Of a stretch of DNA of 55,039 nucleotides, positions 41,098-55,039 are shown piece by piece; the first letter of the stretch is position 1; every line of letters begins with the position of its first letter. The position numbers were made by a program, and so were the translations under genes. Below the pieces are notes generated by a model. The model was not told the DNA's origin and ran no database searches. It saw nothing but the letters and a program-made list of their open reading frames with translations. Origin of the DNA: an uncultured Collinsella sp. (GTDB lineage Bacteria > Actinomycetota > Coriobacteriia > Coriobacteriales > Coriobacteriaceae); NCBI GenBank assembly GCA_900549185.1, contig URNM01000001.1, forward strand, positions 1 to 55,039, in the 5' to 3' direction.

Positions 41098-42024
41098 CTA
41101 TGCGAGCTCATCGGCAATAGCTGCGACCTGCTCGGCCGTTTCGCACGAATAAACGCGAACGTCGCTCAGCGTACGCTTGACCAGGCCCGACAGTGTTTTG
41201 CCAGGACCGACCTCAATAAACGTGTCGATGCCCTGATCCTGCAGAGTATGCAGCGTGTCGACCCAGCGCACGGGATGGCTCACCTGGTTGGCCAAGACAT
41301 CCGATGCTGCTCGCGGGTCCGCCGGATAGGGCACCGCCGTCATGTTTGCCATGACCGGAATCAGCAGCGGAGACGGCGCGTGGCCGGCTTGGATATACGT
41401 CGCCAGTCCCTCAGTCGCCTCGGCCATATAGGGGCTATGGAATGCACCCGACACCGCGACCTTCATGGCCCGGCCGCCAGCCTCTTTTACTAGGACGTCG
41501 AGCTCCTGCAGCGCCTCGGGCGCTCCGGCAACAACCGTCTGCTGCGGACTGTTGTAGTTGACCGGCCAGCAATCCTCGCAGGCCTGTTTTGCCAAGCCCT
41601 CGACTTGCGCCGCATCGAGCTTGATGACGGCGCGCATGCCGCCCGGATGGCGCTCGGCAGCCGCGGCCATCAGCGCCGCGCGCTCGCACACGAGCTCAAA
41701 GCCCGCTCGCGTATCGAACGCCCCCGCAAAGGTGAGCGCGGCGACCTCGCCTAGCGAGAATCCCGCACAGGCGGCAGGTACCACGCCGCGCTCACGCAGG
41801 GCGGCAGCCGCTGCTAGGTCGTGAACGAACACGCACGGCTGCGTGTTCTCGGTCTGCGAGAGCTCCTCCTTGGAGGCACTCCGGCATTGCTCGCTGGTCC
41901 CCGGGCGCACCTCGTCGGCAATGGCGAACACCTCGGCGGCCGCCGGCGATGTCTCGATCAGATCGACGCCCATCGCGGGGTGTTGGGCACCCTGGCCGGC
42001 AAACAGAAACGCTACGCTACCCAT
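41098..42024 (-). CDS. fabD: Malonyl-CoA:ACP transacylase
   Basis: FAGQGAQ, GFSLGE, SGAFHS, EVGPG. Confidence 0.93.
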   Translation of the reverse strand: MGSVAFLFAGQGAQHPAMGVDLIETSPAAAEVFAIADEVRPGTSEQCRSASKEELSQTENTQPCVFVHDLAAAAALRERGVVPAACAGFSLGEVAALTFAGAFDTRAGFELVCERAALMAAAAERHPGGMRAVIKLDAAQVEGLAKQACEDCWPVNYNSPQQTVVAGAPEALQELDVLVKEAGGRAMKVAVSGAFHSPYMAEATEGLATYIQAGHAPSPLLIPVMANMTAVPYPADPRAASDVLANQVSHPVRWVDTLHTLQDQGIDTFIEVGPGKTLSGLVKRTLSDVRVYSCETAEQVAAIADELA

Positions 42025-42956
42025 GCGCACGCACCCTTCAGGACGCGCTCGGCGCCATCGACCAGATCGTCAACGATTTCACGTGCGCTCTGGCGCTCGC
42101 TAACCATGCCGGCAATCTGTCCACACAAAAACGAACCCTCTTCGTAATTACCGTCCTTGGCGGCCTTGCGAAGGGCGCCCGTGCCCATGGCCCCGAGCTC
42201 CTCGACGCTTGCGCCCGCCGCCTCGCTCTTAGCGTAGGCGTTGGTAAAGGGGCTCTTGAGGGCACGCACCGGGTGTCCCGTCGAGCGGCCGGTCGCACGC
42301 GTCGAGGTGTCGTTGGCCTTCAGGACCATCTCCTTGTACTGCTCCGATACGGTGCACTCGTCTGCGATCAGAAAGCGCGTACCCACCTGCACGCCGGCGG
42401 CGCCCAGCATAAAGGCGGCCGCCATGCCGCGGCCGTCGGCAATACCGCCGGCAGCCACGACGGGAATGTCGACCGCATCGACGACCTGCGGCACCAGTGC
42501 CATCGTCGAGGTCTCGCCAATATGGCCGCCCGATTCGGTGCCCTCGGCAACAACCGCCGTGGCCCCACGACGCGCCACGAGGCGCGCCAGCGCCACCGAG
42601 GCAACGACCGGGATGACCTTGATGCCCGCCTCGTTCCACGCCTTCATGTACTTGGTGGGATTGCCGGCACCCGTCACGACGACCGGTACTCGCTCGTCAA
42701 TCACAACCTGGGCGACCTCGTCGGCGAACGGGCTCATGAGCATGACGTTGACGCCAAAGGGCTTATCCGTCCTGGCGCGCAGCTTATGAATCTGGTCGCG
42801 AAGCCAGTTGGCGTCGGCGTTCATGGCCGCGATGATGCCTAAGCCACCCGCCTCGGACACTGCGGACGCCAGCGAGGCATCGGCAATCCAGGCCATACCG
42901 CCCTGGAACACGGGCTTTTCGATGCCGAGCAGATCGCAGAGAGGAGTCTTGAGCAT
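42012..42956 (-). CDS. fabK: Enoyl-ACP reductase FabK
   Basis: QGGMAW, EGTESGGH, AAGGIADG, GQIAG; located in the FASII operon. Confidence 0.92.
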   Translation of the reverse strand: MLKTPLCDLLGIEKPVFQGGMAWIADASLASAVSEAGGLGIIAAMNADANWLRDQIHKLRARTDKPFGVNVMLMSPFADEVAQVVIDERVPVVVTGAGNPTKYMKAWNEAGIKVIPVVASVALARLVARRGATAVVAEGTESGGHIGETSTMALVPQVVDAVDIPVVAAGGIADGRGMAAAFMLGAAGVQVGTRFLIADECTVSEQYKEMVLKANDTSTRATGRSTGHPVRALKSPFTNAYAKSEAAGASVEELGAMGTGALRKAAKDGNYEEGSFLCGQIAGMVSERQSAREIVDDLVDGAERVLKGACAWVA

Positions 42957-42958
42957 CT

Positions 42959-43195
42959 CTACTTCTCCAATGCCGCCTCGACCGTATCGGCGAACTCGCC
43001 GACCGTCTTGGGGTTCTCCTCGGTATCGAGCTGGATGCCAAACTCGTCCTCGACGGCGACGAGGATCTCGACGGTGCCCAGGCTGTCGAGACCAATCTCC
43101 TCGAGCGTGGACTCGGGCTTCATCTCGACGTCGTCAAGGCCGGCGGTCTCGCGGATAACGTCGCAAACGCGCTCGAAGGTCTTCTGATCTGCCAT
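42959..43195 (-). CDS. acpP: Acyl carrier protein
   Basis: GLDSL phosphopantetheine site; acidic, 78 aa. Confidence 0.92.
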   Translation of the reverse strand: MADQKTFERVCDVIRETAGLDDVEMKPESTLEEIGLDSLGTVEILVAVEDEFGIQLDTEENPKTVGEFADTVEAALEK

Positions 43196-43246
43196 GGTAG
43201 TTCTCCTTTGGTTGTGCCCTAGGGCGTTTTTATTTCCTATGTGCGA

Positions 43247-44206
43247 CTACTTCCAACGAAGCAGATAGCCACCTATATCCAGACCGGCGCCAAATCCAAC
43301 CAAGGCGATGGTGTCGCCTGTGTGAAGTGCACCGGCGTTTGCCAGCCGGTCGAGGGCAAGCGGAATGCATGCGCTCGAAATGTTGCCGGTCTCGCGCAAC
43401 GTGCGAACCACGCGCTCGTCCGGCACGCCCAGGCGCTTGACCGCCTGGCTCAGGATTCGTTCGTTAGCCTGATGGAATACAAAATGATCGATGTCTTCGA
43501 CCAAAATGCCCGCATCGATCGCAAGCTTATGGACCGTGTCGCAGATGGCGTTGACGCCGAACTTGAACACGCGGCGGCCATTCATGGACAGCACGCTCGC
43601 GCTATCTGCGGAAGCCTTAAACGGCGAGGTACCGACCAGACCGGGAACGCGCAACGTCTCGACGTCGGGCGCCGTCGAAAGCTCAACGGCAAGGGGGTTG
43701 TCTCCCCCAGCTTCAATCACTGCGGCGCCTGCCCCATCGCCAAAAAGCACGCAGGTGGCACGGTCGGTCCAGTCGAGCGCGCGCGTCATCTGCTCGGCAG
43801 CAACAACAAGCACGCGCTCGGCACGGCTGCGGGCGATATAGCCCTCGGCGACATCGAGCGCAAATACGAAGCCGGCACAAGCCGCCGAGACATCGAAGGC
43901 AGGGCACGTCGCGCCCAGGCGCTCAGCAACGGCACACGCCTCAGCGGGAACAAGGTGGTCACCCGTCGTCGTCGAGCAGACGATCAGATCCAGCTGGCTC
44001 GCGTCGATTCCGGACACCTGGAGTGCCCGCTCGCTCGCCGCTACGGCAAGGTCGTCAAGTGACTCGGTGGTGCAGACGTGGCGGCTCTTGATACCTGTGC
44101 GAGTAAAAATCCACTCATCCGAGGTATCGAGGAACTCAGACAGCTCGTCATTGGAAACACTGCGCTCAGGAAGTGCCGAACCTGTTCCAAGAATCGTGAA
44201 GCCCAT
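43247..44206 (-). CDS. fabH: Beta-ketoacyl-ACP synthase III
   Basis: AACAGF, LFGDGAGA, HQAN, GNISSA, GFGAGL. Confidence 0.95.
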   Translation of the reverse strand: MGFTILGTGSALPERSVSNDELSEFLDTSDEWIFTRTGIKSRHVCTTESLDDLAVAASERALQVSGIDASQLDLIVCSTTTGDHLVPAEACAVAERLGATCPAFDVSAACAGFVFALDVAEGYIARSRAERVLVVAAEQMTRALDWTDRATCVLFGDGAGAAVIEAGGDNPLAVELSTAPDVETLRVPGLVGTSPFKASADSASVLSMNGRRVFKFGVNAICDTVHKLAIDAGILVEDIDHFVFHQANERILSQAVKRLGVPDERVVRTLRETGNISSACIPLALDRLANAGALHTGDTIALVGFGAGLDIGGYLLRWK

Positions 44207-44223
44207 CACTAACCTCCTTTGAG

Positions 44224-44289
44224 TTGTTGACGTGTTTACATCGACCAAGAGAGGATAACGCATTTCAGTCTTTGTTGACGTGTTAACAT
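44224..44289. promoter_or_regulatory. Two operator-like copies of TTGTTGACGTGTT(T/A)ACAT in the fabH/birA divergent region
   Basis: Copies at 44224-44241 and 44272-44289, one mismatch; each is an imperfect palindrome TGTTGAC-GT-GTTAACA. Confidence 0.7.
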
Positions 44290-44382
44290 TAAATTGTCCA
44301 AATGCGACAAAGGCTTCACATTGTGTCTATCTCTCGACACCATTGCGTCATTCACTTATTCAATAAGGAGGTAGCAGCCGCT

Positions 44383-45159
44383 ATGGATGCCCAATTAACG
44401 ATTGTCGACGTAACCGGATCGACCAACGATGACCTGCTCAAGGCAGGAAAACAGGGAGCGCCGCACGGCACAGGACTTGCCGCCCGGGCTCAGACAGCAG
44501 GACGCGGTCGGCGCGGGCACAAGTGGGACTCAACCGTCGGCAACCTATTGCTTTCGATTGTCCTGCGCCCATGCGTTAATCCTGCAAAGTTCTCTGGTCT
44601 TGCCGCCGTCAGCGGCCTAGCGGTGCTCGAGGCACTCGAAAAACAGGGTCTTGCAAACGAGATTGGCCTCAAATGGCCCAACGACCTGGTCGCGCGTGGA
44701 CGCAAACTCGGCGGCATTCTGGTCGAGGCCGCACGCGATAACGAAGGCAAACCTTTCGCCGTCTGCGGCATTGGCGTCAATGTGAACTATGCGCCCCAAG
44801 AGGTGCCCAATGGCGGCCTGCCGGCAATCGGTCTCTCGGATCTCAACGAGAGCGTTCCCGCCGTCGATGTGCTACTCAAAGAGGTCTATCACACGGTCGT
44901 GAACGCTGTAGATGCGTGGGCAGGGCGTCTCAACGCCATGGAAGAAGACGCCGGACCACTCGCGCCCGTCCACGGCGAATATGTCGCTCACCTCAATTGG
45001 ATTGGGGAAACCGTTATCGCCCGCTCACCTGCTGGAGATGAGCTGGCACGTGGCATCTTTAAAACCGTCGATGCCTTTGGTCGCGCGTGCATCGAAACGG
45101 AAGGCGGCTTACGATCCTTCCATTTTGAGGAGGCATCTCTGCGTCCCTTAAGCGAATAG
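44383..45159 (+). CDS. birA: Biotin-protein ligase (no HTH domain)
   Basis: STND, QTAGRGRRG, KWPND, KLGGILVE; AAGGAGG RBS. Confidence 0.93.
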   Translation: MDAQLTIVDVTGSTNDDLLKAGKQGAPHGTGLAARAQTAGRGRRGHKWDSTVGNLLLSIVLRPCVNPAKFSGLAAVSGLAVLEALEKQGLANEIGLKWPNDLVARGRKLGGILVEAARDNEGKPFAVCGIGVNVNYAPQEVPNGGLPAIGLSDLNESVPAVDVLLKEVYHTVVNAVDAWAGRLNAMEEDAGPLAPVHGEYVAHLNWIGETVIARSPAGDELARGIFKTVDAFGRACIETEGGLRSFHFEEASLRPLSE

Positions 45160-45217
45160 GGCGCCGCAGCCACCCACTCGGCAGCATTACCCAGCAGTCC
45201 AAACCATTATTCAAAAC

Positions 45218-45253
45218 AAAAGAGCCCCGCTACCAAAATGGCAGCGGGGCTCT
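45218..45253. terminator. Terminator after rpsJ, convergent with birA
   Basis: aaaagagccccgct...agcggggctct. Confidence 0.8.
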
Positions 45254-45274
45254 GTAAGCTATGAGCGATATCGC

Positions 45275-45583
45275 TTAGAGCTTGATGTCGATGTCGACGC
45301 CAGCGGGAAGGTCGAGACGCATGAGCGAATCAACGGTGCCCGAGGTGGGGTCGAGGATGTCGATGAGGCGCTTGTGGGTGCGCATCTCGAACTGCTCACG
45401 GGAGTCCTTGTTCACGTGCGGCGAGCGGATAACCGTGTACAGGTTGCGCTCGGTGGGCAGAGGGACAGGACCGGAAACGCGAGCGCCGGTCTTCTGAGCG
45501 GTCTCAACGATGAGCTTCGCGGACTGATCGACGACCTCGTGATCATAGCCCTTGAGGCGAATGCGGATCTTCTGGGTAGCCAA
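45275..45583 (-). CDS. rpsJ: 30S ribosomal protein S10
   Basis: [29 protein letters not shown] start with GGAGG. Confidence 0.97.
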   Translation of the reverse strand: MATQKIRIRLKGYDHEVVDQSAKLIVETAQKTGARVSGPVPLPTERNLYTVIRSPHVNKDSREQFEMRTHKRLIDILDPTSGTVDSLMRLDLPAGVDIDIKL

Positions 45584-45643
45584 CTTAAACCTCCAAAGAG
45601 TGCGAGAGATGTTCTCGCGGATTACGTAACAGGGAGCTCGAAC

Positions 45644-47743
45644 TTAGGCGTTCTTGCTCATGACCTCGTCCACGATGGACTTGGGCGCGGGCTCATAAGA
45701 GTCGAACTGCATCGTGTAGGATGCACGGCCCTGGGTCTGGGAGCGAAGGTCGGTAGCGTAACCGAACATCTCGCCCAGCGGCACCTTGGCACGGATGAGC
45801 TTGCTGTTCCTGCGATCCTCCATGCCCTCGATCTTGCCGCGGCGACCGGAGAGGTTGCCCATAACGTCGCCCATGTACTGCTCGGGGGTCTCGACCTCGA
45901 CAGCCATGATCGGCTCGAGCAGCTGCGGATCGGACTTCTTGAGGGCGTCCTTGATAGCCATGGAACCAGCGATCTTGAAGGCGGCCTCGGAGGAGTCGAC
46001 CTCGTGGTAAGAACCGTCGAACAGGGTGACCTTAACGTCGAGGACCGGGAAGCCGGCGATAACACCGGTGTTCAGGGCCTCCTGGATGCCCTTGTCGATG
46101 GACGGGATGTACTCCTTGGGCACGACGCCGCCGACGATAGCGTTGACGAACTCGTAGCCGAAGCCCTCCTCCATCTTCTCGAGCTTGATGACGGCGTGGC
46201 CGTACTGACCGCGACCGCCGGACTGACGGACAAACTTGCCCTCAGCCTTCTCGACGTCGTGACCAGCGGTCTCGCGGTAGGCAACCTGGGGCTTACCAAC
46301 GTTAGCGTCAACCTTGAACTCGCGGAGCAGACGGTCGACGATGATCTCGAGGTGCAGCTCGCCCATGCCGGCGATGATGGTCTGGCCGGTCTCGTGGTTG
46401 GTGGACACCTGGAAGGTCGGGTCCTCCTCGGCGAGCTTGGTCAGAGCCAGGGACATCTTGTCCTGCTCGGCCTTGGTCTTGGGCTCGATGGCAACGTCGA
46501 TAACGGGCTTAGCGAACTCAATCTTCTCGAGGACGATCTCCTTGCCCTCTTCGCACAGGGTGTCACCGGTGGTGGAGTTCTTGAAGCCGACGCAAGCGAC
46601 GATGTCGCCGGCGGCAGCGTCGTCACGGTCGATACGCTCGGCGGCGTTCATCTCGAGGATGCGGCCGAGGCGCTCGCGCTGACCGTTGGAAGCGTTGACC
46701 ACGTAGGAGCCGGACTCGGCGCGGCCGGAGTAAACGCGGACATAGGTGAGCTTACCGACGAACGGGTCGGTCATGATCTTGAAGACCAGGCCGGAGAAGG
46801 GCTCGTCGAAGGAAGGATGACGCTGGATCTCCTCGCCGGTGTCCGGATCGGTACCGGTGACGGCCTCGACGTCGAGCGGGCTGGGCAGGTAGTCGACGAC
46901 AGCGTCAAGCAGCTCCTGAACGCCCTTGTTCTTGTAAGCGGAGCCCACGAAGACGAGGTTGAGCTCGTTGGCCAGAACACCCTTGCGCAGAGCAGCCTTG
47001 AGCTCCTCGACGGTGAAGTCCTCCTCCATGAGGATCTTCTCCATGAGCTCGTCGTCAAAGCTGGCAGCAGCGTCGAGGAGCTCCTCGCGCTTGGTGGCAG
47101 CGATGTCGGCAAACTCAGCCGGAATCTCGTCCATCGGCTCGGGGTAGGTCATGCCCTTCTCGTCGGCCTTGAAGTCCCATGCAGTCATGGTGACCAGGTC
47201 GATGACGCCCCAGAAGTTGTCCTCGGCGCCCATCGGGACCTGAGCGGCCACGGCGTTGGCGTCGAGACGATCCTTCATGGTCTCGATAGCGTTGAAGAAG
47301 TCAGCGCCCACGCGGTCATACTTGTTGATGAAGGCGATGCGGGGGACGTTGAAGGTAGAAGCCTGACGCCAAACGGTCTCAGACTGGGGCTGAACGCCGG
47401 CAACGGCGTCGAAGACGGCGACAGCGCCATCGAGGACGCGCAGGCAGCGCTCGACCTCGGCGGTGAAGTCAACGTGGCCCGGGGTGTCGATGATCTGGAT
47501 GCGGTAGTCCTTACCGTCCTTGTTCCAGAAGCACGTGGTAGCAGCGGAGGTAATGGTTACGCCGCGCTCCTGCTCCTGAACCATCCAGTCCATGGTGGCA
47601 GCGCCCTCATGGACCTCACCGATCTTGTGGGTCTTACCGGTGTAGTAAAGAATACGCTCGGTCGTGGTGGTCTTACCAGCATCGATGTGGGCCATGATGC
47701 CGATGTTACGGGTATCGGAAAGCTTGTACTTAGGCTTAGCCAT
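45644..47743 (-). CDS. fusA: Elongation factor G
   Basis: [28 protein letters not shown]. Confidence 0.98.
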   Translation of the reverse strand: MAKPKYKLSDTRNIGIMAHIDAGKTTTTERILYYTGKTHKIGEVHEGAATMDWMVQEQERGVTITSAATTCFWNKDGKDYRIQIIDTPGHVDFTAEVERCLRVLDGAVAVFDAVAGVQPQSETVWRQASTFNVPRIAFINKYDRVGADFFNAIETMKDRLDANAVAAQVPMGAEDNFWGVIDLVTMTAWDFKADEKGMTYPEPMDEIPAEFADIAATKREELLDAAASFDDELMEKILMEEDFTVEELKAALRKGVLANELNLVFVGSAYKNKGVQELLDAVVDYLPSPLDVEAVTGTDPDTGEEIQRHPSFDEPFSGLVFKIMTDPFVGKLTYVRVYSGRAESGSYVVNASNGQRERLGRILEMNAAERIDRDDAAAGDIVACVGFKNSTTGDTLCEEGKEIVLEKIEFAKPVIDVAIEPKTKAEQDKMSLALTKLAEEDPTFQVSTNHETGQTIIAGMGELHLEIIVDRLLREFKVDANVGKPQVAYRETAGHDVEKAEGKFVRQSGGRGQYGHAVIKLEKMEEGFGYEFVNAIVGGVVPKEYIPSIDKGIQEALNTGVIAGFPVLDVKVTLFDGSYHEVDSSEAAFKIAGSMAIKDALKKSDPQLLEPIMAVEVETPEQYMGDVMGNLSGRRGKIEGMEDRRNSKLIRAKVPLGEMFGYATDLRSQTQGRASYTMQFDSYEPAPKSIVDEVMSKNA

Positions 47744-47762
47744 GTTAGTTCCTTACCTTAAC

Positions 47763-48236
47763 TTACCAACGATAGTGAGAGAACGCGCGGTTGGCCTCGG
47801 CCATCTTGAAGACGTCCTCACGCTTCTTGACGGAAGCGCCCAGGCCGTTGGAAGCGTCGAGGATCTCGTTGGCGAGACGCTCGGCCATGGTCTTCTCCTT
47901 GCGAGCGCGGGAGAAGTTGACGATCCAGCGGATACCCAGAGCGGTGGAACGACGGGAGTTGACCTCCATCGGGACCTGATAGGTAGCGCCACCGACACGC
48001 TTGGGCTTAACCTCGAGCGTGGGCTTGACGTTGTCCATAGCCTTCTTGAAGGTAGCGAGAGCGTCGCCACCCTCGGACTTCTCGGCAACGATCTCGAAAG
48101 CGGTGTAAACGATGCGCTCAGCGGTGGCCTTCTTGCCGTCAAGAAGGACCTTGTTGATGAGCTGAGTCACCAGGCGGTTGTTGTAAACGGCGTCAGGCTG
48201 AACCTCACGACGATTAGCTGCTGCACGACGCGGCAT
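47763..48236 (-). CDS. rpsG: 30S ribosomal protein S7
   Basis: [22 protein letters not shown]. Confidence 0.98.
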   Translation of the reverse strand: MPRRAAANRREVQPDAVYNNRLVTQLINKVLLDGKKATAERIVYTAFEIVAEKSEGGDALATFKKAMDNVKPTLEVKPKRVGGATYQVPMEVNSRRSTALGIRWIVNFSRARKEKTMAERLANEILDASNGLGASVKKREDVFKMAEANRAFSHYRW

Positions 48237-48309
48237 GTGAAATCTCCTTAAGTGTCTACCGTGCGGCGCTTAGGCGGCACACGGCGAAAGTATCAAAACG
48301 TTATCTGGC

Positions 48310-48687
48310 TTATTTGGCCTTGGGGCGCTTAGCACCGTACTTGGAACGGGCCTGCATACGGTTCTGGACCGGAGCAGCGTCGTAGGCGCCACGGATGACG
48401 TGATAACGGACACCAGGGAGGTCACGGACACGACCGCCGCGGACGAGCACGATGGAGTGCTCCTGCAGGTTGTGGCCCTCACCCGGGATGTAAGCAGTAA
48501 CTTCGATGCCGTTGACGAGGCGAACACGGGCAACCTTACGAAGAGCCGAGTTCGGCTTCTTGGGGCTCGTGGTGAAGACGCGGGTGCACACGCCGCGCTT
48601 CTGGGAGTTGTGCTGCAGAGCAGCGTTCTTGGACTTCTTGGGCACGGAACGACGGCCCTGGCGAACCAGCTGGTTAATAGTAGGCAA
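48310..48687 (-). CDS. rpsL: 30S ribosomal protein S12
   Basis: [29 protein letters not shown] start. Confidence 0.98.
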   Translation of the reverse strand: MPTINQLVRQGRRSVPKKSKNAALQHNSQKRGVCTRVFTTSPKKPNSALRKVARVRLVNGIEVTAYIPGEGHNLQEHSIVLVRGGRVRDLPGVRYHVIRGAYDAAPVQNRMQARSKYGAKRPKAK

Positions 48688-48885
48688 AGCGTACTCCTTC
48701 TCGAATGATTCCAGCTTTCTGTAAAGTGCAACGGCTTGAATCGAGGGGTCAGCATCCCCCTACGAAACACGCAGTTCGATAGGATACGTGGCGTTAGCTG
48801 TGCCGTCAACAGACCACGCCGCCGGGCGTATCCCAAAATTGGCATATTTCCGCAAACCCTACACAAAAGGGATCCCCTCCTGTGC

Positions 48886-49038
48886 GCATGTCGGATTCCC
48901 GGACCGGGCGGCCTGCGGTTTAAGTTTGCTGCTCTACAGTCCTGGCTCGCACGGAGGCCACATTAAGTGGCCTCCGGCTCGTGCGGAACTCGCGACAAGC
49001 TTAAACCGCAGGCCGCCCGGTCCGGGAATCCGACATGC
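48886..49038. repeat. 153-bp palindromic element (43-bp arms), same core as 31615-31769
   Basis: Arms at 48886-48928 and 48996-49038 (one G-T pair). Confidence 0.9.
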
Positions 49039-49054
49039 TCGTCGAGGCAACGCT

Positions 49055-49092
49055 ACCTGTCAAAAAGGGACAGGTTTATTTTGGTCGGTTTT
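49055..49092 (+). repeat. REP-like element containing GGGACAGG
   Basis: Inverted copy (38 bp, 2 mismatches) at 50868-50905. Confidence 0.8.
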
Positions 49093-49197
49093 ATCTGGGG
49101 ACACGTCGCTCTTCACTCTGATTCGCATCCATTTGCCACGTTCTTCCGAGAATCAGACAAATAGCGTTCAATCTAACCGTCCATATAACGCAAAATA

Positions 49198-49224
49198 GGC
49201 CGCTTCCCCCTGTGGGAAGCGGCC
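49198..49224 (-). terminator. Hairpin after the anti-sigma gene
   Basis: ggccgcttccc-cctgt-gggaagcggcc. Confidence 0.65.
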
Positions 49225-49231
49225 CTCAATC

Positions 49232-50308
49232 TTACGAATAGACGATGGTAAAGGGTTCCGACGTTTCGGCGCCCCCTGTTGAAGTGCACCTCGTGCCCTC
49301 AAGCGTTACTGAGACCACTTGGTCGACATCAATCAACTTCGTTGGCACCCAGATGCTCTCTCCGCTATTGCGCGCATAAGAAAAATATAAGTTGAACACC
49401 CCTGCGTCGTCATCTTCGATAATCTGCTCAGATCCATCCTTGTAGCTGACGGTCAGCTTATTATCAACTGCTTCATAGCCCAAATCATCGATGTGCGTCT
49501 GGATGGAAAACGGGCTAATCTCAAGAGGTGAGTCACCGGAGCGGAGTTCCTTTGTATCGACGTACGCTCCAACGCTAAACTCGGGCGTCGATGCCTCGAA
49601 CGGCTTCGCATCCTCGCCTTCGCCCTCGGTCCACGAGATATTCCAGGTGACCGCATGTTGAAAACCTCGCTCGCGATCCATAGAAGCAAAGTACATCGTG
49701 CCATTAATGACAGTATCGCTTGATGTGTCCTTATCAATGGTGCAACGTGTGTCAGCCCATTCCTCGCCGAAGTTCATGCTGGGTGTACCGATGCCTTGTT
49801 CTTCTTCACCATAGAGAACAAGTTCGCCTGTCTCTGCTGCCGGCTTGTAGTAGTTAACGCCATTTGGATTGGACAACGTAAACGTCACGGCTCCGCAGCC
49901 GTTTTGGTCAATAGCCATCTCATGGATATCAAGCGTATAGCCGTTACCCTCGACGGACAGATTAACCTCCTGGACTGCACCCTCCAGGCTTTGGGGCGCG
50001 ATGCCATCACCAAACTCTCTGGTGTAGGTATATTTAGTCCCCGATGAGCCACTGTTGGTCCAGGTAATGGAATCCCCATTGCCGTGGTTTCCCCAGGCTG
50101 AGGCAAAATAGCTGGAATTGACAACGGCGTAGGCGACCCCTCCGGTCGCCAACACTCCGGCAAGACATCCGATTACGGCAACATACAGAGGTTTCGCGTG
50201 ACCCTTTCGACGAAGCGGCTTTCCAGCCGCAGCATCAATAACACGGTCGGCAAGATCGCTATCGGCTTGGATGGACTCGAAGGCCTGCTTGATTTGATTG
50301 GATTTCAC
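49232..50308 (-). CDS. Putative membrane-anchored anti-sigma factor
   Basis: Overlaps the end of the ECF gene; short basic N-terminus, one TM segment (LYVAVIGCLAGVLATGGVAYAVV), acidic extracellular domain. Confidence 0.7.
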   Translation of the reverse strand: MKSNQIKQAFESIQADSDLADRVIDAAAGKPLRRKGHAKPLYVAVIGCLAGVLATGGVAYAVVNSSYFASAWGNHGNGDSITWTNSGSSGTKYTYTREFGDGIAPQSLEGAVQEVNLSVEGNGYTLDIHEMAIDQNGCGAVTFTLSNPNGVNYYKPAAETGELVLYGEEEQGIGTPSMNFGEEWADTRCTIDKDTSSDTVINGTMYFASMDRERGFQHAVTWNISWTEGEGEDAKPFEASTPEFSVGAYVDTKELRSGDSPLEISPFSIQTHIDDLGYEAVDNKLTVSYKDGSEQIIEDDDAGVFNLYFSYARNSGESIWVPTKLIDVDQVVSVTLEGTRCTSTGGAETSEPFTIVYS

Positions 50309-50777
50309 GGTCGCCCTCCTCTAGGATGAATTTGAGCTTCGATCGACCACGAGCTAAACGCGTTCGAGCGGTCGCGGCTGGCACATGCAGTAACTCGGCA
50401 ATCTCTGAGGTCGAAAAGCCCAGATAGTAATAGAGCACGATGGGAACACGGAATCGCTCCGGAAGTCGCATAACGTCTGACAGGACCGCCTTGGACTCCT
50501 CCTGCGCCGTCGAAAGCGAATCGGCCAGGTTCTCAATATCCTCCACACGCCTCCATGGCTTTCGAAAGAGCGATTTGCATTCATTGATCGTGACCCGGAT
50601 AAGCCAGCGGCGAAGATGTTCCCGACTTTCAAAGTGTCCATCGCTTTTGAGCAACTTAAGAAAGACGTCTTGTGCAACATCGTCGGCATCGGCGCGATCG
50701 CGCAGGTACGTCAATGCGATTCGAAACACGACATCCCGGTGATCTTCGACCGCCTGTCTAAAAGCTTGTTCTTCCAT
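50259..50777 (-). CDS. ECF RNA polymerase sigma factor
   Basis: DADDVAQDVFLK, WLIRVTIN, LP...R.PIVL.Y, TRLARGR; GGAGG RBS. Confidence 0.92.
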   Translation of the reverse strand: MEEQAFRQAVEDHRDVVFRIALTYLRDRADADDVAQDVFLKLLKSDGHFESREHLRRWLIRVTINECKSLFRKPWRRVEDIENLADSLSTAQEESKAVLSDVMRLPERFRVPIVLYYYLGFSTSEIAELLHVPAATARTRLARGRSKLKFILEEGDREIQSNQAGLRVHPSR

Positions 50778-50827
50778 AATCACCTCCCGGTGACGTTAAT
50801 GATTCTTGATGAGGCCCTCACCATAGA

Positions 50828-50854
50828 TACGCTCTTGCCGGACGAAATGTTTCA
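50828..50854 (-). promoter_or_regulatory. ECF-type autoregulatory promoter TGAAAC-N17-CGTA
   Basis: Typical ECF AAC (-35) and CGT (-10) elements about 50 nt upstream of the sigma start. Confidence 0.65.
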
Positions 50855-50867
50855 AATTCAAGCAGGA

Positions 50868-50905
50868 AAAACCTACCAAAATAAACCTGTCCCTTTTTGG
50901 CAGGT
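50868..50905 (-). repeat. REP-like element (inverted partner of 49055-49092)
   Basis: aaaacctaccaaaataaacctgtccctttttggcaggt. Confidence 0.8.
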
Positions 50906-50915
50906 TTTCTTCAAC

Positions 50916-50952
50916 AAAAAAGACCCGCTTCCCTGTTGGGAAGCGGGTCTTT
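50916..50952 (-). terminator. rpoC terminator
   Basis: aaaaaagacccgcttccc...gggaagcgggtcttt. Confidence 0.88.
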
Positions 50953-50978
50953 GGAAGGGCGGTTAACGTACTAGGAAA

Positions 50979-55039
<4,061 letters not shown>

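Overview
High-GC window of a gut Coriobacteriia genome (Collinsella-like, inferred from protein sequences and gene order). In window order it holds: a type I R-M locus cut inside hsdS (hsdS partial, hsdR); a DEDDh exonuclease; an unannotated candidate type I toxin-antitoxin module; a SIMPL gene; an AbiEi/DUF559-like nuclease gene flanked on both sides by 62-bp-period arrays of alternating inverted 16-bp motifs; part of an anaerobic purine/urate catabolism cluster (xdh, polyferredoxin, ygfK, ssnA, NCS2 permease, YheO-type regulator, RidA); U32 and RluA rRNA-modification genes; a second orphan alternating-repeat array; DeoR and oxidoreductase genes; rplX-rplC; a Firmicute-order FASII/ACC operon with birA that separates rpsJ from rplC; rpsJ-fusA-rpsG-rpsL with no tuf; an ECF sigma/anti-sigma pair; and rpoC (partial). 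The most notable items are the nuclease-plus-array element, the type I TA module, a 153-155 bp palindromic element with covarying arms, PafBC-like promoters, an alphaCTD-like domain on the C-terminus of beta', and an apparently chimeric 5' end of rpoC. All family calls come from motif recognition by eye; no database searches were run.
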